Shown: one piece after another, positions 1 to 14,635 of the stretch
How positions within the stretch are numbered: position 1 is the stretch's first letter
How the letters are laid out: every line of letters begins with the position of its first letter
Position numbers and translations under genes: made by a program
Assembly (NCBI GenBank): GCA_036630325.1
Contig: CP142729.1
Span: 496,001 to 560,000 of the forward strand
DNA length: 64,000 nt
Origin: Vairimorpha necatrix
Lineage: Eukaryota
Direction: 5' to 3'
Notes under the pieces: generated by a model
Databases searched by the model: none
Told to the model about the DNA's origin: nothing
The model's input: only the letters and a program-made list of their open reading frames with translations

Positions 1-240
1 ACAACCCTTAGCAATAGATGATGTATTAAAAACCATCAACAAGCAGATATAGATCAAAAACTTGCAATACAAGAGTTAAAATTAAAACACCGCATATTTA
101 ATTTGTTATTTTTTAAAAAATTATTAAAAAAGAAATTTTTAAAAAATTTATAAAAAAAAAAATTTACAACAATATGCAAAATTATTTTAATGGACTATTT
201 TAACCTTGACTTAAGAACTTAAAATACGTTAAAGAAAGTT

Positions 241-1734
241 TTAATTTAATTTCTCTATCTTTTCTTTGAGTTTTAAAAACGCCATAGAAATGTTCTCCCA
301 TGTGTCACTGACTGAACTCGATAGCATTTCTTGATATTTTACTATTTCTTCAAATAATAATACCAGATCAATCTTATTTTCATCACTAGCATTGATAGAT
401 CTTGAAATATCGTGTAAAAATTTGTATAATTTTTCATTGATATAATGATTGTTTACATGGTTCTCAAATTCCATCATTAAACATACTTTTATCATAAAAG
501 TAATATCATTGTCCATAGAAGTTATATAATTGATGATATTATTTAAGTTTTGGTCTATATTCATCCCCTGAATAAATAAAATAGCTTTATCTAAAATACT
601 TATATCATTTTTCAGAATATCCATCTCGCCTTTTCTTATTAAATTAGAAGAAGTACAAATGACTTCAAAACATATGTGAATTGCCGAATCTGCGTTTTCA
701 TATATGCTTTTCATAATCTTTATGAGCGAATAGTTCCTCTCGATATACCTCATAAATAAGTTAACTTCATTTATATTGTTTTTATTTTTATTTATGAAAT
801 TTACTAATCTCTTAAAATCGTTAAATATTTTTCTGTTTAAAACTCTCTTTTTAATCGTAACATCATAACTATCGATTGATTCTAAATTTTGTGAAAAAAT
901 AATAGTATTTTTATTATTAGCATATTTTATAGTTGCTTTTTCAGAATCAATAATAAATGTATGATTTTTAAGATCCATATCACTAAAGTTATGCTTTTTA
1001 GATATTACTTTTCTTGGATATTGTGAATTTGCGTAGATTTCATTGAGATCAAAAAAATCGAAAATTTTTAGTATATGAGTAAGAAAACGGCCCTTGTCTT
1101 TTCTTTTTAAATTTTTATATTTTAAATGAGCAATAAAGTCTTTCTCAAATTCAAGATCTAATATATTGATTTCAACAAAATGATATATTGTATTTATCTC
1201 ATAAACGAAATAATAAACTAATGGACAGGTTGTTTTTAATTTTGCGACATAATTAACACAATTCGGATTTTCTATAATATGACTAATGAAATTATCTATA
1301 GGACTATTGTCCTCAATAATAGCATCATAAAAAAAGGTGTTCTCATCATTTTTAATTTCTAGATTGTATTCTTTTAATTTTTTTATAATTATTCTATGGT
1401 TCTTTGAAGTATTAATAGTAAATACTAATACATTATACTTTTGATTAATTTTTTTTTGCTTAAAATACTTTTCGATGCATATTTCTATTATTTTATCAAA
1501 TTGATCAGACATTAAAAATGAAAAGATTTTTTTAGATGATTTGTGAGTCGAGGAAATTTCAGACTCGATTGCGCAAATATCAATGTAATGTTTCTCGTAT
1601 TCACTGTTCATTGAATCATAAGTGAAAAAATTTTCGCTTGTTAATTGATTTTTTACTACAGTTTCAAGTTTGTAATTTAAATATCCCGTTGCTTTTACTA
1701 ATAAAATAAATGAGAAGTTTTTTATAGATATCAT
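241..1734 (-). CDS. Orphan family A protein (497 aa), signal-peptide-like N-terminus
   Basis: Long ORF in very AT-rich DNA with GCCCTA directly before the ATG and a hydrophobic N-terminus. Collinear similarity to 27503..28999: FFDLNEIYANSQY/FYDFNEIYGIPQF, FNDFKRLVNFI/FEDLKRLVLFM, VSDTWENI/VQDTWEDI. Confidence 0.9.
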   Translation of the reverse strand: MISIKNFSFILLVKATGYLNYKLETVVKNQLTSENFFTYDSMNSEYEKHYIDICAIESEISSTHKSSKKIFSFLMSDQFDKIIEICIEKYFKQKKINQKYNVLVFTINTSKNHRIIIKKLKEYNLEIKNDENTFFYDAIIEDNSPIDNFISHIIENPNCVNYVAKLKTTCPLVYYFVYEINTIYHFVEINILDLEFEKDFIAHLKYKNLKRKDKGRFLTHILKIFDFFDLNEIYANSQYPRKVISKKHNFSDMDLKNHTFIIDSEKATIKYANNKNTIIFSQNLESIDSYDVTIKKRVLNRKIFNDFKRLVNFINKNKNNINEVNLFMRYIERNYSLIKIMKSIYENADSAIHICFEVICTSSNLIRKGEMDILKNDISILDKAILFIQGMNIDQNLNNIINYITSMDNDITFMIKVCLMMEFENHVNNHYINEKLYKFLHDISRSINASDENKIDLVLLFEEIVKYQEMLSSSVSDTWENISMAFLKLKEKIEKLN

Positions 1735-2219
1735 TAGGGCTAAAATTTTCGGGTATTTATATTCTTTTCAAATTAAATCAATGTAGTTCTTATTAAAAAA
1801 CTTTACATATGGCAGATGGTATATTTTTTATAAACAGACACATATGTCTAAAAAACAAATTTATGTCAAAAAACTCCGATGTCAAATTTCAAGTTTTTGA
1901 TTTTTTTGATTTTTGTAAAATGCAAAAAATATAAAGTAAAACGTAATAATGCGATAATTTTCATATATTTGTATATAACTTTCGATTTTCAAATTTTTGG
2001 TAACGTCCTTGAGAACAGAGATGTTATAGCAATAAAAAGCAATTTTATAAAAAATTTTAATTAATATATTATTAATAATTATGTTACATAATTCAGTTCA
2101 AACATATTCAATTGTAAGATTTTTTAGCACTACTGAACATTTCGTTATGAGTGTTAAACATATTTAATAATCAATTATTTCGAATATAAACAAATTTAAA
2201 AGGGATCTTGTTACCAGGT

Positions 2220-2252
2220 GTGTTTCATCCGAGAAAAATACGGATGAAACAC
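2220..2252. repeat. Perfect 12-bp inverted repeat (hairpin) with 9-nt spacer
   Basis: GTGTTTCATCCG-agaaaaata-CGGATGAAACAC read directly. Confidence 0.85.
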
Positions 2253-3614
2253 GATAATGATCTGAAGGAAAAATTATTTAAAAAAAAAAGAATATTAAAT
2301 ATAAATAGATCTTTTTCAAATATAAGCCAGCTTGTTTAACCGGCTTTCGTTATGTTGGGATTATCATTTTTAATGTCAGTGTTAATTTTGTTTTTCATTA
2401 ATATTATATGATTTATTAATAACCTATGAAACTCTAACAAAAAAAAATAAATCTGAATTTTTTTATATTTAAAAAAGAATGATATAATTCTTTCAAAAAT
2501 TAATAGACAAAATAGAACATCATATCAGATTTGCTAATTTACTCATATAAATTGATTATTATGTATTACATTAGAGGTATTTGCATGTAAGTATGTTTAA
2601 AAAAATTTCAAAACAAAAATACATTTTAAATAAAAGTATGTATAATAAATTACATAAGGCTCAAAAAAGAATAAGTTTTGGCTACGTTTGTTACTGTTTA
2701 AGGATTGGTTATATTAAAAGTTGTATAATTAAACATTTGTATAACCGTACATATTATCGTAATAATCATTTTTGCATACACATACAAAAAAAATCAATAA
2801 TGTAAATTAAGATACTTATTTTATCTATACAATACTTATATATCTTTTTGTAAATCTGCAAAATAATATAAATTAGACTTGACCGAGTCTGAGATCGTTT
2901 ATTAATAATTTTTTAATAAAAACAAAATGTAAATAATAAATTTAAACCTTTCACCAAAAAATCACTTTTAAGTGTAAATTTCTATTATTACTACGTTACT
3001 TTTGAATATCAAGATTTCTTATAAGTTTCTCCTTCTTCGGTCCAATTCAAATAAGATAATAACCAGCTCTGTTTCAAAGTGTCCCTATAGATGTTAAGTA
3101 AACACATTACATTTTGTTTATGTCCTAAATTAGTACGTATTCTTCGATGCTTATTGATATATTACATATTTGAAAAATATTTTTTGAAAAAACTATATAT
3201 AAATTACAATAATCTCAAAAAATTTCATTTTAATTTGGTATAAAGTAATCGACTGTATAAATCATATTTTCAAAAGTTGACATAAATAAAATGAATTGTT
3301 TTCTTAGATTTTGATATCAAATAAAAATGAAAGAAAGTGTAAGTTAATATTGTTGAAAGATGCAAATAGCCATTGATTAAGCGTAAAAATTAAGAATTTA
3401 ATCATCTTATTAAGATAGGTATATAATTTACTATTTTTTACACTAGTGGTATTAAATAAGATTTTTTTCTTTCCTCTATTAATATATTATTAAAATATTA
3501 ATAATTGAGAAGAAAGAGAACTTTTCAAAATAAAATTATACATAGTAATAATACCTTATTTTATAAGCGTGTAATGTATTTATTTAGTAAAAATGTCTTA
3601 ATTTTTATTATTTA

Positions 3615-3728
3615 TCACAAGATACTCTCACTTCTCATCTGGCAGTTCCCGCAGTTCCTTCTAAAATCCACATATTGGACTCTCGGTTACATCTTCCTGA
3701 TCAGTATTAAGCCAATGTCTGATTGATA
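3615..3728 (-). repeat. Dispersed ~115-bp repeat, copy 1 (partner 24032..24147)
   Basis: The reverse complement shares ATACTGATCAGGAAG, GGAACTnCGGGAACTG and GTATCTTGTGA, in order, with 24032..24147. Confidence 0.75.
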
Positions 3729-4539
3729 TAGTTTGTTTTCATAAGTCATTTAAGTACTCTGTAGTATAATTCGTAATTTTTTATTTCATGAAAATAATTA
3801 TTTTTAGCATACAGATAGAGATGATTAAAAAAATATTAAAGAAGTAGGTCCCCTGTTGGTTAAGCAATTTTATGTGCCGAAACGGCATGTAGAGTGTATA
3901 AGATATAGTTTTTATGTATATATAGTAGACACATATGACATTGAAAACGTTGTAAGAGATATAACCAATTATACATAGTGCCCAATATTGAGTAGTTAAA
4001 ATAAATATTATATTTGAAAAATCCCAAATAAAAATTATTTAGAGCAAAAAAGATCATATTTTTGAAGTAAATCAATGAAACGATAGTTTCAGTAGAATTT
4101 ATTACGTTTTGCATAAATTTGCGTAGATATTATTAGATTATTAGTATTATTCTATTTATCTAATAAATAAAAAAATAGAATTAGATAGATATTTACAATT
4201 ATTTGTTAAATTTTAAAGTAAATTTATATTTAAACTATATTGTGAACATTTAGTGCGGAAAATTATATGTACTTAATATTGATGCAAATTTTTGTGTGAT
4301 TACTAAAACATGCAGGAAATTCAATTTTAGACCAGGTTTAAATGTTGAGTAAAGTAATATAAGAAAAAACAATATGATTTTTGTGGACAGAGAAATAACA
4401 AGAAATTTTTTATCACGAATGCCAAGTTTGAAGAGAAAAATGATATATGAGAAAATGGTAAAGAATTTTACTAACTTATGAAGATACTTCAAATGCATAT
4501 AAGTTTCAATATGAAATTAAGAGTATTGTAATTTTAAAA

Positions 4540-4870
4540 AAGTGGTTATTCTAAGTAGGCGTAGGAGTTGTTATAATAAAATAGAAATTGTATGCTATAA
4601 TATAGTTACTATAACAAGGCAATAAATATAAAAGGAATGTAAATTATAATTTGACATTAATTTGAGTATTTATTAGTAGTTATAAAAAAATCAAAACTTA
4701 GATCTTGAAAAACTATTTACTATGAGAGTGCTATTTAATACGCAAATATAAGGTCTAAGGATTGCGAGTGTTTTGACTAAAGAAATTTATTAGATAAACA
4801 GATGAATTTAGATTTTACATATATCGAATATAATAGTAGTTTTTTATAGCTTAATGACTATTTTAAACAC
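4540..4870 (+). mobile_element. Possible highly eroded Gypsy RNase H remnant
   Basis: Scattered translatable fragments (KVGVGVVI, FEYLL, DFTYIEY) in roughly the order of Gypsy RNase H motifs; no continuous frame. Confidence 0.25.
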
Positions 4871-7800
4871 ATACTTTTTCATACTGTTGAAAAGACTGCA
4901 TGGTCTGACTAAAAAAGTCTATAGTGGAGGATAATATATAAAATGATTATACGGTTGATTGTAAAAGCTACAGGGGAAATTCATAAAAATGTATGTATAG
5001 ACAAAAAAATAACATAATAACTAAAATATATGCTCGATTTTTTTGTAATTTTTAAATTTAAATTTTTTAAAGCTTCTAAATAAAGAGAGGGTGTTGTCGT
5101 TATAGCTAATAACAATGAGCTAATTAATTTTTATATTAGATTATAGTTCAGATCTTACCGAATTTTGCTAACACTAAAAGTTTGCATTAGTTTCACGCAA
5201 TGATTAGAATTCTTTAAATTGACAGGCAAAATTGAGAAAAAAAATAACAAATGAAACAATCTGATTTTTTTAAAATATTATTTAGGTAACTTAATGATAT
5301 ACAAATGAATAGAAACGATGCTCTTTAAAACATTTGCCAAGCTAATAAAGTGACAAAGTGAAGTATTTTTAAAGAAAATAGTCAAGTAGATGAAAATATT
5401 TAATATGAATGAAAAAAACTGTAGAACAAATTTACATATAAATAGTAAAGTAGAGAAGTATACAATTCTATAGATATTCGATGCTTTGTTTACTAAATCA
5501 ACAAAAAGAATATGCAAAAAAAATACTTAATCAAACATATATGAAGAGCCGTTCTTTTATATCACACATTGAATGATTACATATGCATAAAAAGAATAAT
5601 ATGGTATGATGATAATTATATGAGAGGCAATTACATAAAATGCATTTAGTAAAATATATACATTAAGATAACCATAATAAAGATATATTTCAAAATTTTA
5701 TAGATTTAAGATACGAGCAATAATAATACCTGACCATATAAAGTATACACACAATTAACTTTTATTTTGCAGCATATAATACCACGTATCCTTAACTATC
5801 TGTACTTATCGAACATAACTAAACTTAAGTCACAAAATTAGAAAGGCGGAATTAATAAATGAAAATTATGTTATCTGTCATGTTGGATGACAAAATACAA
5901 AAACCATCAAAAAAAGTAGAATTGATTGTTAAATGCCAGAAACTTACGTAAGAACAACAATCAATTTTATTCAACATAATATTCATAAAAATTTTTAGAT
6001 CGATACTATTAAAACTTTGAAACAGTTGTTTTTAAGGCAATAAATACATTGGTTAGATTACTGATAAAATTACTAGCACATAAAAACAAATATCTTAAAA
6101 TTTACGAAGAATCAGACAGAAGATAATTTTTTTGACCTAAATAAATTGCCAGAATTTAAGTCAACTCTGTGATGAAATTGAAAATATGTGACATAAAAAA
6201 GTACAAAGATAGAAAAGTTTAGTACTCTTGTCAATTTCTCTGTTTTTTCATTACGCTTTTGATAATAATATAGAATAACTTTTTGTAGTCAATCAAATCT
6301 GGGCATTTATATAATATTATAAAAAGGTTTTGATAGCTACAAATTCTATATTTAATATTACAAAGTTGTATCTAAAGAAAAAGTTGCTGAAGAAAACGAG
6401 AATTTAAAACATTCTTTCTATCTTTAAAAATAATTTTTGATAAAAATGCAATTCTGAATTAAAAAGGTTGTTTAAAAAGAGAGTTGTTTAGATAGAAAAA
6501 AATTATTAATATTGAGTGGTATGAATAAAAATAATAATTCATATAGTTAGATAAAAAGAAATAAAAACATGAACAACAGGTTATTTTTCTTGACATAACA
6601 TGTATAAAGGGTCCACGTGTACTTTTGAATTAGCTAGATATTGGAACTCTGGTCAAAATACATGTCTAAAAGGTCTTTATTTTTTAATTCATGTAAGAAT
6701 AAGTACCGAATGAAGTTCAAGCGTTATAATCAGATATTTTTATCATTAAAAATGTTAGACAATTATAATAATATAATCATAAACATAATTATAAAGGAGT
6801 CCCGTTAACCCTTCCTGTCTTAAATTCATTAAATAATTCTCTGTATGTAAATTATTTGTTTATGTTCATATGCACTTTTCTTTTGTCATTATTGATCCAA
6901 TAATTCAGCCTCCTCTTGGGTCTACAAAAATAACATGTTAAAAATGAGAGGGCGCAAATATCTATTCTTGAATTAATATGTATATGATATGTTAAAATTT
7001 TACTTTTGTAGGCTTTATAGTAAAAATTTTCAAATGCTGATATGTCTATATTAAATAACAAACCATATAGACTAAAAATTTAATTATAATCAGCATAGAA
7101 AAAAGAAATAATTTAAAGAAAATCTACATCAAAATGAGACAATATATATCAAAGGCGTTATTACAATATCAGTTAAATACTTGTTTTAAGTCTCAAAAAA
7201 AATTGAAATAAAAACAAAAAAATTAAAACTAATAATTTTATTTCTAATTGATGTGTATCATCTAACAAAGGAGCAAAATTACTATATTTTATTTCTAACA
7301 GTCAACTTAGTTTAAAATGTTATTATGATAAGATATTTTTATGTACATGAAATAAAAACTTGAACTTTTATCAACAAATTAGATGAATATTTGCACACAT
7401 TCATATATAGAAATCAAATGTTATACTTTAAGATAAATCTAACTGCTACATGAGATAGGTGGGTTTTATTTTTTTGTTTAGAAAATGTATAGAAGCATAA
7501 CTAAGAAACTTTGAAAATAAATTTATACTTGGATCTGTTTTACTCGGTAAAAATAAATAATAAAGTACAAATTTTGAAATCAGAGAAAAAAAGATTATTA
7601 ACCTAAATATAAAAAATTATAATTTAAAGATCCAACAATCTAATGATTAAAAATCATCTTTAAAGTGTTCTTGGGCTGGGCTATGCAAAAAAACAATAAT
7701 AGAACATATGGTAACAGGAATAAATGAAATTTACAATTTATATTAAGTGGTATAATAAACGATATCAGTCCAATTAAGCCGTACTAATAATGTATATGTA

Positions 7801-10800
7801 AACTTATAAAAGATAAACAACGACATAAACAAGAACTAATATATGTAAATAGCAAATGAAACATAAATTTAAATAATTTAACTAGTGTAAGCTTAACTAG
7901 TTATTTCTAGTTTAACAAGGATAAGGGTTGCGTTAGCGTCTCCCGCTTGTAGGTAGCTTTTAGTTATAGTCGATTCTACATCGGCTTATCCTCTTCTTCG
8001 GTAGTTAAGTAAATACGTTCTAGCTTCTTTTTAGAGTGATCCTCTTGATGTTCTACCTTCTTGGTATTTGAAGTCTGTGGTATATATTTGTGAAAATAGT
8101 CACTATACCATCCCAACTGATTACGTAGGGAATTATTTCTGTTTTAAAACCATATATTAGGCCAGTTAGTTCGGCAAGAACATCATAATTTCCAAAATTA
8201 CCATTTTTCTACTAGCTCTATTCTTTTTAAGAGACCCCATTTATAATAACTCTGATTAAGTTTTTCTTTTTATCTACTACGATAATATTCGGTGTAAATT
8301 GAGTTAATAAATAGAAGAAAAAATATCCTAAAAACAAAAAAAGCTTTAATTTGTAAAGAAAAATTACTAGTAAAATCGGAGTTAAAGGTTTTTATTAAGA
8401 TAGATTTGCTACATCTTATTATTAAAGATATAATGTATTATTTTGCAATTAGTGAATCTATTGCACAAAATACAAAAAAAAGTTTCATACGAGATGACAA
8501 TTTAATAGAAATTAGAAGAAAGAACTGCGAATCTGTTTTTATGAACAATTCAACAAAATATTAACATGCCAAAGTTTCTCTTGAACTTATTTGGGGTACT
8601 ATAAATTATACCAGTAAATAATCGGCTATAATTACAAGTAAACCAACCAAAAAAAATTTATATAAAAGGTTTAGCTCGATTCTAAAAAAATTTTAGATCT
8701 ATCAGCATAATATTACATTATAATAACTGTGAAATACTGATGCCTACACCTAGGACCAGTTGTGTACTACTATATACGGTTTTCATGGCTTGTTATTTTA
8801 TTGATTTGTTATTGTACATAAAGTTTTCTGGATAGCAGTAAAATGAACTTTAAGTTCACTCAAATATTCTGTCGAAGGCGCATTTTAAAAATTTACCATG
8901 AATATGTTTCTTTTTTATTTCTTTTCAATATATCATTAACAGACGGTCTTTTATCTTTTTAAGAAAGAGTCATGATTTTATTTTGTTAGCATTATTCAAC
9001 TCTTGGTACATGAGATTAACATAAATTCTAAGGCGATAAAATATTATTTTGTTATTCAAAAATATGATTTGCAATACGATAGATATTACAGAAATTATTT
9101 TCAAATCTCTTAATATTATTTAAAAATGACATCCGTCTCTTAACAATAAGAATTATAAAATAAGCACTGATAAAGATAAGTATAGCAAAGTCCATAATAA
9201 ATATGATACCAATTTTAAAATAAATTAACAAGCATAAGTGCAAATAGATCTCAATAACGTAAGATGAATAAGAGGCAATCGTATAAATTTTATATTAAAA
9301 TTATGCTAAAATAACATATTGAACCTAAGAAACGGATAAATTGGCCCTTTTAAATAGCTAAAAAACTGGACAATTATAAATCCTGTATTGAATATCATAG
9401 GTTGATATAAATGGGTCTTTCTAATAGTAAGTTTTTATACTTTTTTCAGTTATTGTAGATGTTATAAAAAACCAACGTTTCAAAATTAAAAAACGTAATC
9501 AAAGGTAAAGTTTTGTTAAATAAAATCTAATTAATAACACAGGAAAAAAGATATATGGGTGGGTTCAAACTAATCAGAATACTATTTTTATGTTGTTTAC
9601 AATTTATATAATCGTCTCAAATTTAATTTAGTTATAGTAAATAGATGGTTAAGCAATGAACTAAACTTTGTATTGATGAATTAAAATAAAAATGTAATTA
9701 TTGTATTTAAGTATATTACTGTAATAAAAGGATTTTGTAAGTTGTCTTTTATAATAAAAATCATAGAAACTATTTCCTATACATTTAGTCAAATAAAAAA
9801 CGGTTAACCAGCGATTCGTTGCTGTATCATAAATAAAACTCAACTTTCAGGTTATTGTTTAATTTGACAATAAACAGACGATTTTACTGGATTACTCAAA
9901 CTTAAAGTATTAAGTTCTTGACCTTTTTTATTTGTATAAATAATAATCTAATTTTTTATGAAGATTTGCCTTTTTGACATTTATATCTATACTATTAATC
10001 CATGTAAATAAACCTTGCATAACTTGTTGATCATATTTTTGATTAAAAATATGATTTACAATATTTAAATCATTTTCGGTCAAATCTCTCTCACGAAAAA
10101 GATTGCAATTAATATTAGTAGATGATTCAGTTTAGCGTCATTAAAATTTATTATTTTAATAAAAACGATTAATTTTTCATATAATAAAGAAATATATAAA
10201 AATACAAACTTAGAAATAATTTTTTCATTTCTCAATTTAAGTTTAAGTGGAATTTTAGAACGATCTAATTTATTATTTTATTTTAAAATAATTATCAACT
10301 GTGAACAAATTTTTTGTATCATAGATTCATAGCATAGGTCTTATTTTTGTTAATTAATAGTTGAAAACAATATATTAAACTTTTAAATAACGTATTGACC
10401 AAATTGTTCCTTTGAAATTAGAAATCTCTTTGCAAGGTATAAATTTATCGAGTATATTTTTATGTCTATTGTCGATGGTTTAAAATATTGTGTACGAGAC
10501 CTTTTCCAATGTTATGATAATTTATCAGACAGTGTTATAAAGTTGTTAAAAGTCAACAATAACTATTTTATGATATGATAAGCGCAGTTATTTTGTTCGT
10601 TTACACTGAAAATATCAATATTGCACAATATTTCCACAATAACTATGTATACGTTTTCGGAACAAAAAATTTTCTCATAAAAAAGAAAAAATAACATGGC
10701 CGCCAAAAAAAATTAAAGTTATATATTAGCATAAGATTCTAAGTTCTGAAAGCTGAATCCAAGCGTTTATTATATTAAATACTTGTTTTACTTACGTTTT

Positions 10801-13800
10801 TAAATGTTATATTGCTGATTGTTATTTTCATAAGGAATTTAAAACAATTAAATTTCATCATATACTTAGAATATTTTGACAAACATCATAACAGTAAAAC
10901 TTTACTGCGTCATTTTTTTAAATTTTACTAACGGCCCTTATTTTGTAACTTTATACACAATTTCGACATTAAAAACTATTGAAGTTTTATTATATAATTA
11001 TGTAAAAAAACCAATTAATGTACATAAAATTAATATTTTATGGTATATCTAATATTACTTATGAAATAGAACTTTTTTTGCGATATTTAATATAAATATC
11101 AACTTTATGTATCAAAACTATACCTTTAACACGTTTAAAATGTAAAAGCATAATGAATATGCTATTCAATAAATTATATTATGATATGTATATATTATGT
11201 AATATTGTTTAGAATAAGAATTCAAGATAATATAAAGTTTCGTTAATTTTATACGGGTTTCATTTTTAACGCGTTATATAGATAGACAGATTATAAATAT
11301 TAGGACATAAACTCTACTATAATATATATATATATTAAAGCAACATTCTAAGTGCCGATTAATTAAACAATAAATACAATAAAAAATGCACTGTTTGTTA
11401 AATTTCATTTTATAATTTTACACTTAAATAGTTTTTTGTACGTATTTACTTACTTATATTATTTAATCGAAGCCTTTTTATTACCTAAGAAGATATTTTA
11501 CAGATAAATATAAATAATTTAAACAATAAAGGTTTTCAGCTACATTGTATTTTCCTTATATTTTTAAAAAAAAATTTTATTCAATATATTTATCAAGAGA
11601 ATAATTTCGTTGTCATTATAAAATATTTACAAACAAATGCTTCTTATTACTTATTATAATATACATAAGTAAATTGTAAAGTCTACAAATAAGAGATTTT
11701 ATTTGAATTTTTTTCTTTTCAAAAAAGAGATTCCATGTTTACTTATGCTATCTTTGATTTATTAAAATTCATAAAAAATATTTTATTTTAAAATGTACGT
11801 CATTTTATATTCTCTAAATACCTATAAAATGTAATAAAATGTTTTATTAAACTCAAATAATGATTTTATTGCACCTATTTTTATGTCATTTGCGTAGATT
11901 CCTATGCAAATAGACAATTTTAACTTGTTTTTTAGTTATAAATTGCATGATGAATTAAAAAAATTGCATTCAATGATCAGGTATAATGGCATGCAAAAAT
12001 TGAGTATTTTGCTTTTAAAAAACAATAACATTTATGCATATTAATTTGCCCATTTATTTGCACAAGTTCGAGTATTTATGAACAAATCTTTAGCTATAAA
12101 GATACTGACCTTATGTTATATAAAAAATAAATATATGGTAACAAGTATTTACAATTTTATTAAAGATTTTTAATTTTAACCTAAATAAAGGAGTATTTGG
12201 ATGTTTGATACATTCAAACATTGAATTATTATCGTGTCACAAAACATAATTTATGGTGTAAAATTGTTATATTAAAAAATAGCAGGTTAAATTTTAAGAC
12301 TATAATATATGATTCATGATTATAAACAATATGTATGCATAAAGACACTATTTATTTGATTTTTAAAATAAATAGTTTGTTACCATTATTATAACAATAA
12401 TCAGTGGTATAAGTATTATAGAAAAGGCCTCAAATAGTACAACTACTAATTTTGAATAAAATATTTAAATTTTATACTATTACAAATTGAATTTTATGTA
12501 ATAAAAAAGCTTAAAGTATGAGTTAAAAGTTTCTCAGTACTAATAACATTCTAATAAATTTTTTAGATTTATTTATTATAAATTAAATCAAGAAATGTTG
12601 TATTTAAAAGAAAATTCCGTTTGAAAAAAGCATTATATGCTTAGATATGCATTCTAATCATCTTCCTATGCAAATTTATTGATGACAGTTGATATTGTAC
12701 ATTAAGTTTCTTAAAACAAGATTAAAGAAATAAGAATTTGTTTTGTAATTCCAAAATTAAATAATATTTAAAAATAATAGTATATCAAGATTGCTATTTG
12801 TTTTACTAATTCATTCTTTGTGGTTATTTGCATATAAATCTAAATTTAAAACCTTGTTATTAATAGACAATCTCTTTTTTAATCTCAAAGTCAGCCTTCA
12901 ATTTAAACAGACTAAACCTCTAGTTTTATTGAATGATTAACAATAAATGATTGTGCATTATAACTCTGATACTGTGAAAAAATGGAGAACATATTTTTAC
13001 TATTACGGCTAATTGATACACACGTCTTCATTTGTTTTTTGATTTTCGCAAATACAGAGTTAATAACTTCTTTTACAATTTGATCAATAGTATAATAAAG
13101 GGAGTCTCTTAGTAAATTAAAATAAACTGTTTTCTATGATAATTGTTTCCGCACAAATAAAGGCTTTGTCTTTAGATCTCACCTTTAATAACGACGATTC
13201 TTTATTTTCATATATTTTCTAATATTAAAGTATCTGTTTAAGCTAAAAATAAAAACGAATTTAAGTATTGATCTTATATTATTACTTTACGGCGGATCTT
13301 ATGATTGAAATGTAAGGATACAAACAAACCACTTTATTTTTGAGTTCTTTTTTTCCTGGTTGCTTTTTAAGAAGATTTTATAATTTACGACTGCTGAGAT
13401 ATTTCATAATTGCTCATCACAAAATTTCTACTTTATCAAGTAAAAAACAGTTAAAATCTTATTATTAGCCCATGTTAAGTATTTTTAGACTTTTTAAGAC
13501 TATTATGTTTGTTATAACTTCATGTGAAAATATTCTAAAATGAAAGAATGTAATAAATCTAGAAATTTGGAAAAAATCCCTTAGAATACAGAAAACCATT
13601 TTTTAAACATCAAATAGACTATAATTCAAAAAAAAATTGTAGGAAGCGACGAAACAGACATTTTTATAAAATGTACAGATATATTATTATTTATCCGAAT
13701 CAGTTTATTTTTTTTCTAGAATATATAAAAATATTACCTATATTAATTAAAAATTGCTACAAAATATCAGAAAACCGAAATTTTTTTAAAAAATCAGTTA

Positions 13801-14244
13801 TGACCATAATACCATAATATAAAAAAAATATGTAGGGTTAAGTAATTAAAATATTTTAAAACAAAATTGTGATATAATAATATTTATCGAGATAATTAGA
13901 ATATATTGTACTTTTTTTGATAATTGAAAATAAACAACAATCATCTATGAGTTTTTATAAAGGCGAATTTGTAAATACTAGTATCAAGCCTAACAGACGA
14001 AATGGGCGTACAAAATTTATACGGGATTATAAAAATTAGTGGTATTAAGTAGTCACAAAATATTAACAAAAGGTTAAGATTTATTATCTATTGTAACTTC
14101 GAAAATTCTTGATTTATATAAATATCAATATCGTTGCAATCTATTATTATTAAAAATTTTAATAGTGGATAATACATAAGTTTTAGCAAGCAAAGAAAAC
14201 TTTTTTAGATGTATATACTATCAATTGTTCTGAAGACTGTCATC

Positions 14245-14635
14245 GGGGTTTCCGGGGACTAAGATCCAACTCAAAAGTTGAATTTTACACTTTTTAAATT
14301 GGAATTTTTATACTAGTTTAAGAGATCCACCCATAGATAAGATTCACCCCATAGAAAATAGTAAAAAATATTATATAAAAAACCCCTTTGATATAATACC
14401 CTTTAATTTTCCTTGTAATCTGCAGCTCGAAAGCAGCCATACTTATCTTGCCATTGTTTTCACGCAAAATTTGTAAAACTTCTAATTTTTAATTTAACGT
14501 GTAAAATTTTTTTTCATGTCGGTAAAGTTTCAAAATATTTAAAAGAAATTTTATTTTTTTTTTATTATAAAATATCCACCCCATAGATAAGATCCATGGT
14601 CTTTTCTATGGGTGGATCTTTACTTCGGAAACCCG
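14245..14635. mobile_element. MITE-like non-autonomous element (~390 bp)
   Basis: Imperfect TIRs: left GGGTTTCCGGGGACTAAGATCCA versus reverse complement of right end GGGTTTCCGAAGTAAAGATCCA. Internal repeats of AGATCCACCC(C)ATAGA near 14323, 14340, 14572 and inverted near 14605. No ORF; no TSD recognised. Confidence 0.7.

Noticed and set aside
2220-2270. Possible hammerhead ribozyme (GAAAC and CTGAAGG nearby)
   Set aside because: The core motifs are not in a valid order or stem arrangement, and CUGAnGA is not intact.
8340-8720. Possible Tc1-like transposase remnant (PKF..ELIWG)
   Set aside because: Only one short motif; no TIRs or second copy to support it.
1879-13500. Numerous 60-85-aa ORFs from the track
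   Set aside because: Mostly TTG starts or no CCC context, with F/I/K/L/N/Y-rich composition expected from AT-rich non-coding DNA; no paralogues or motifs.
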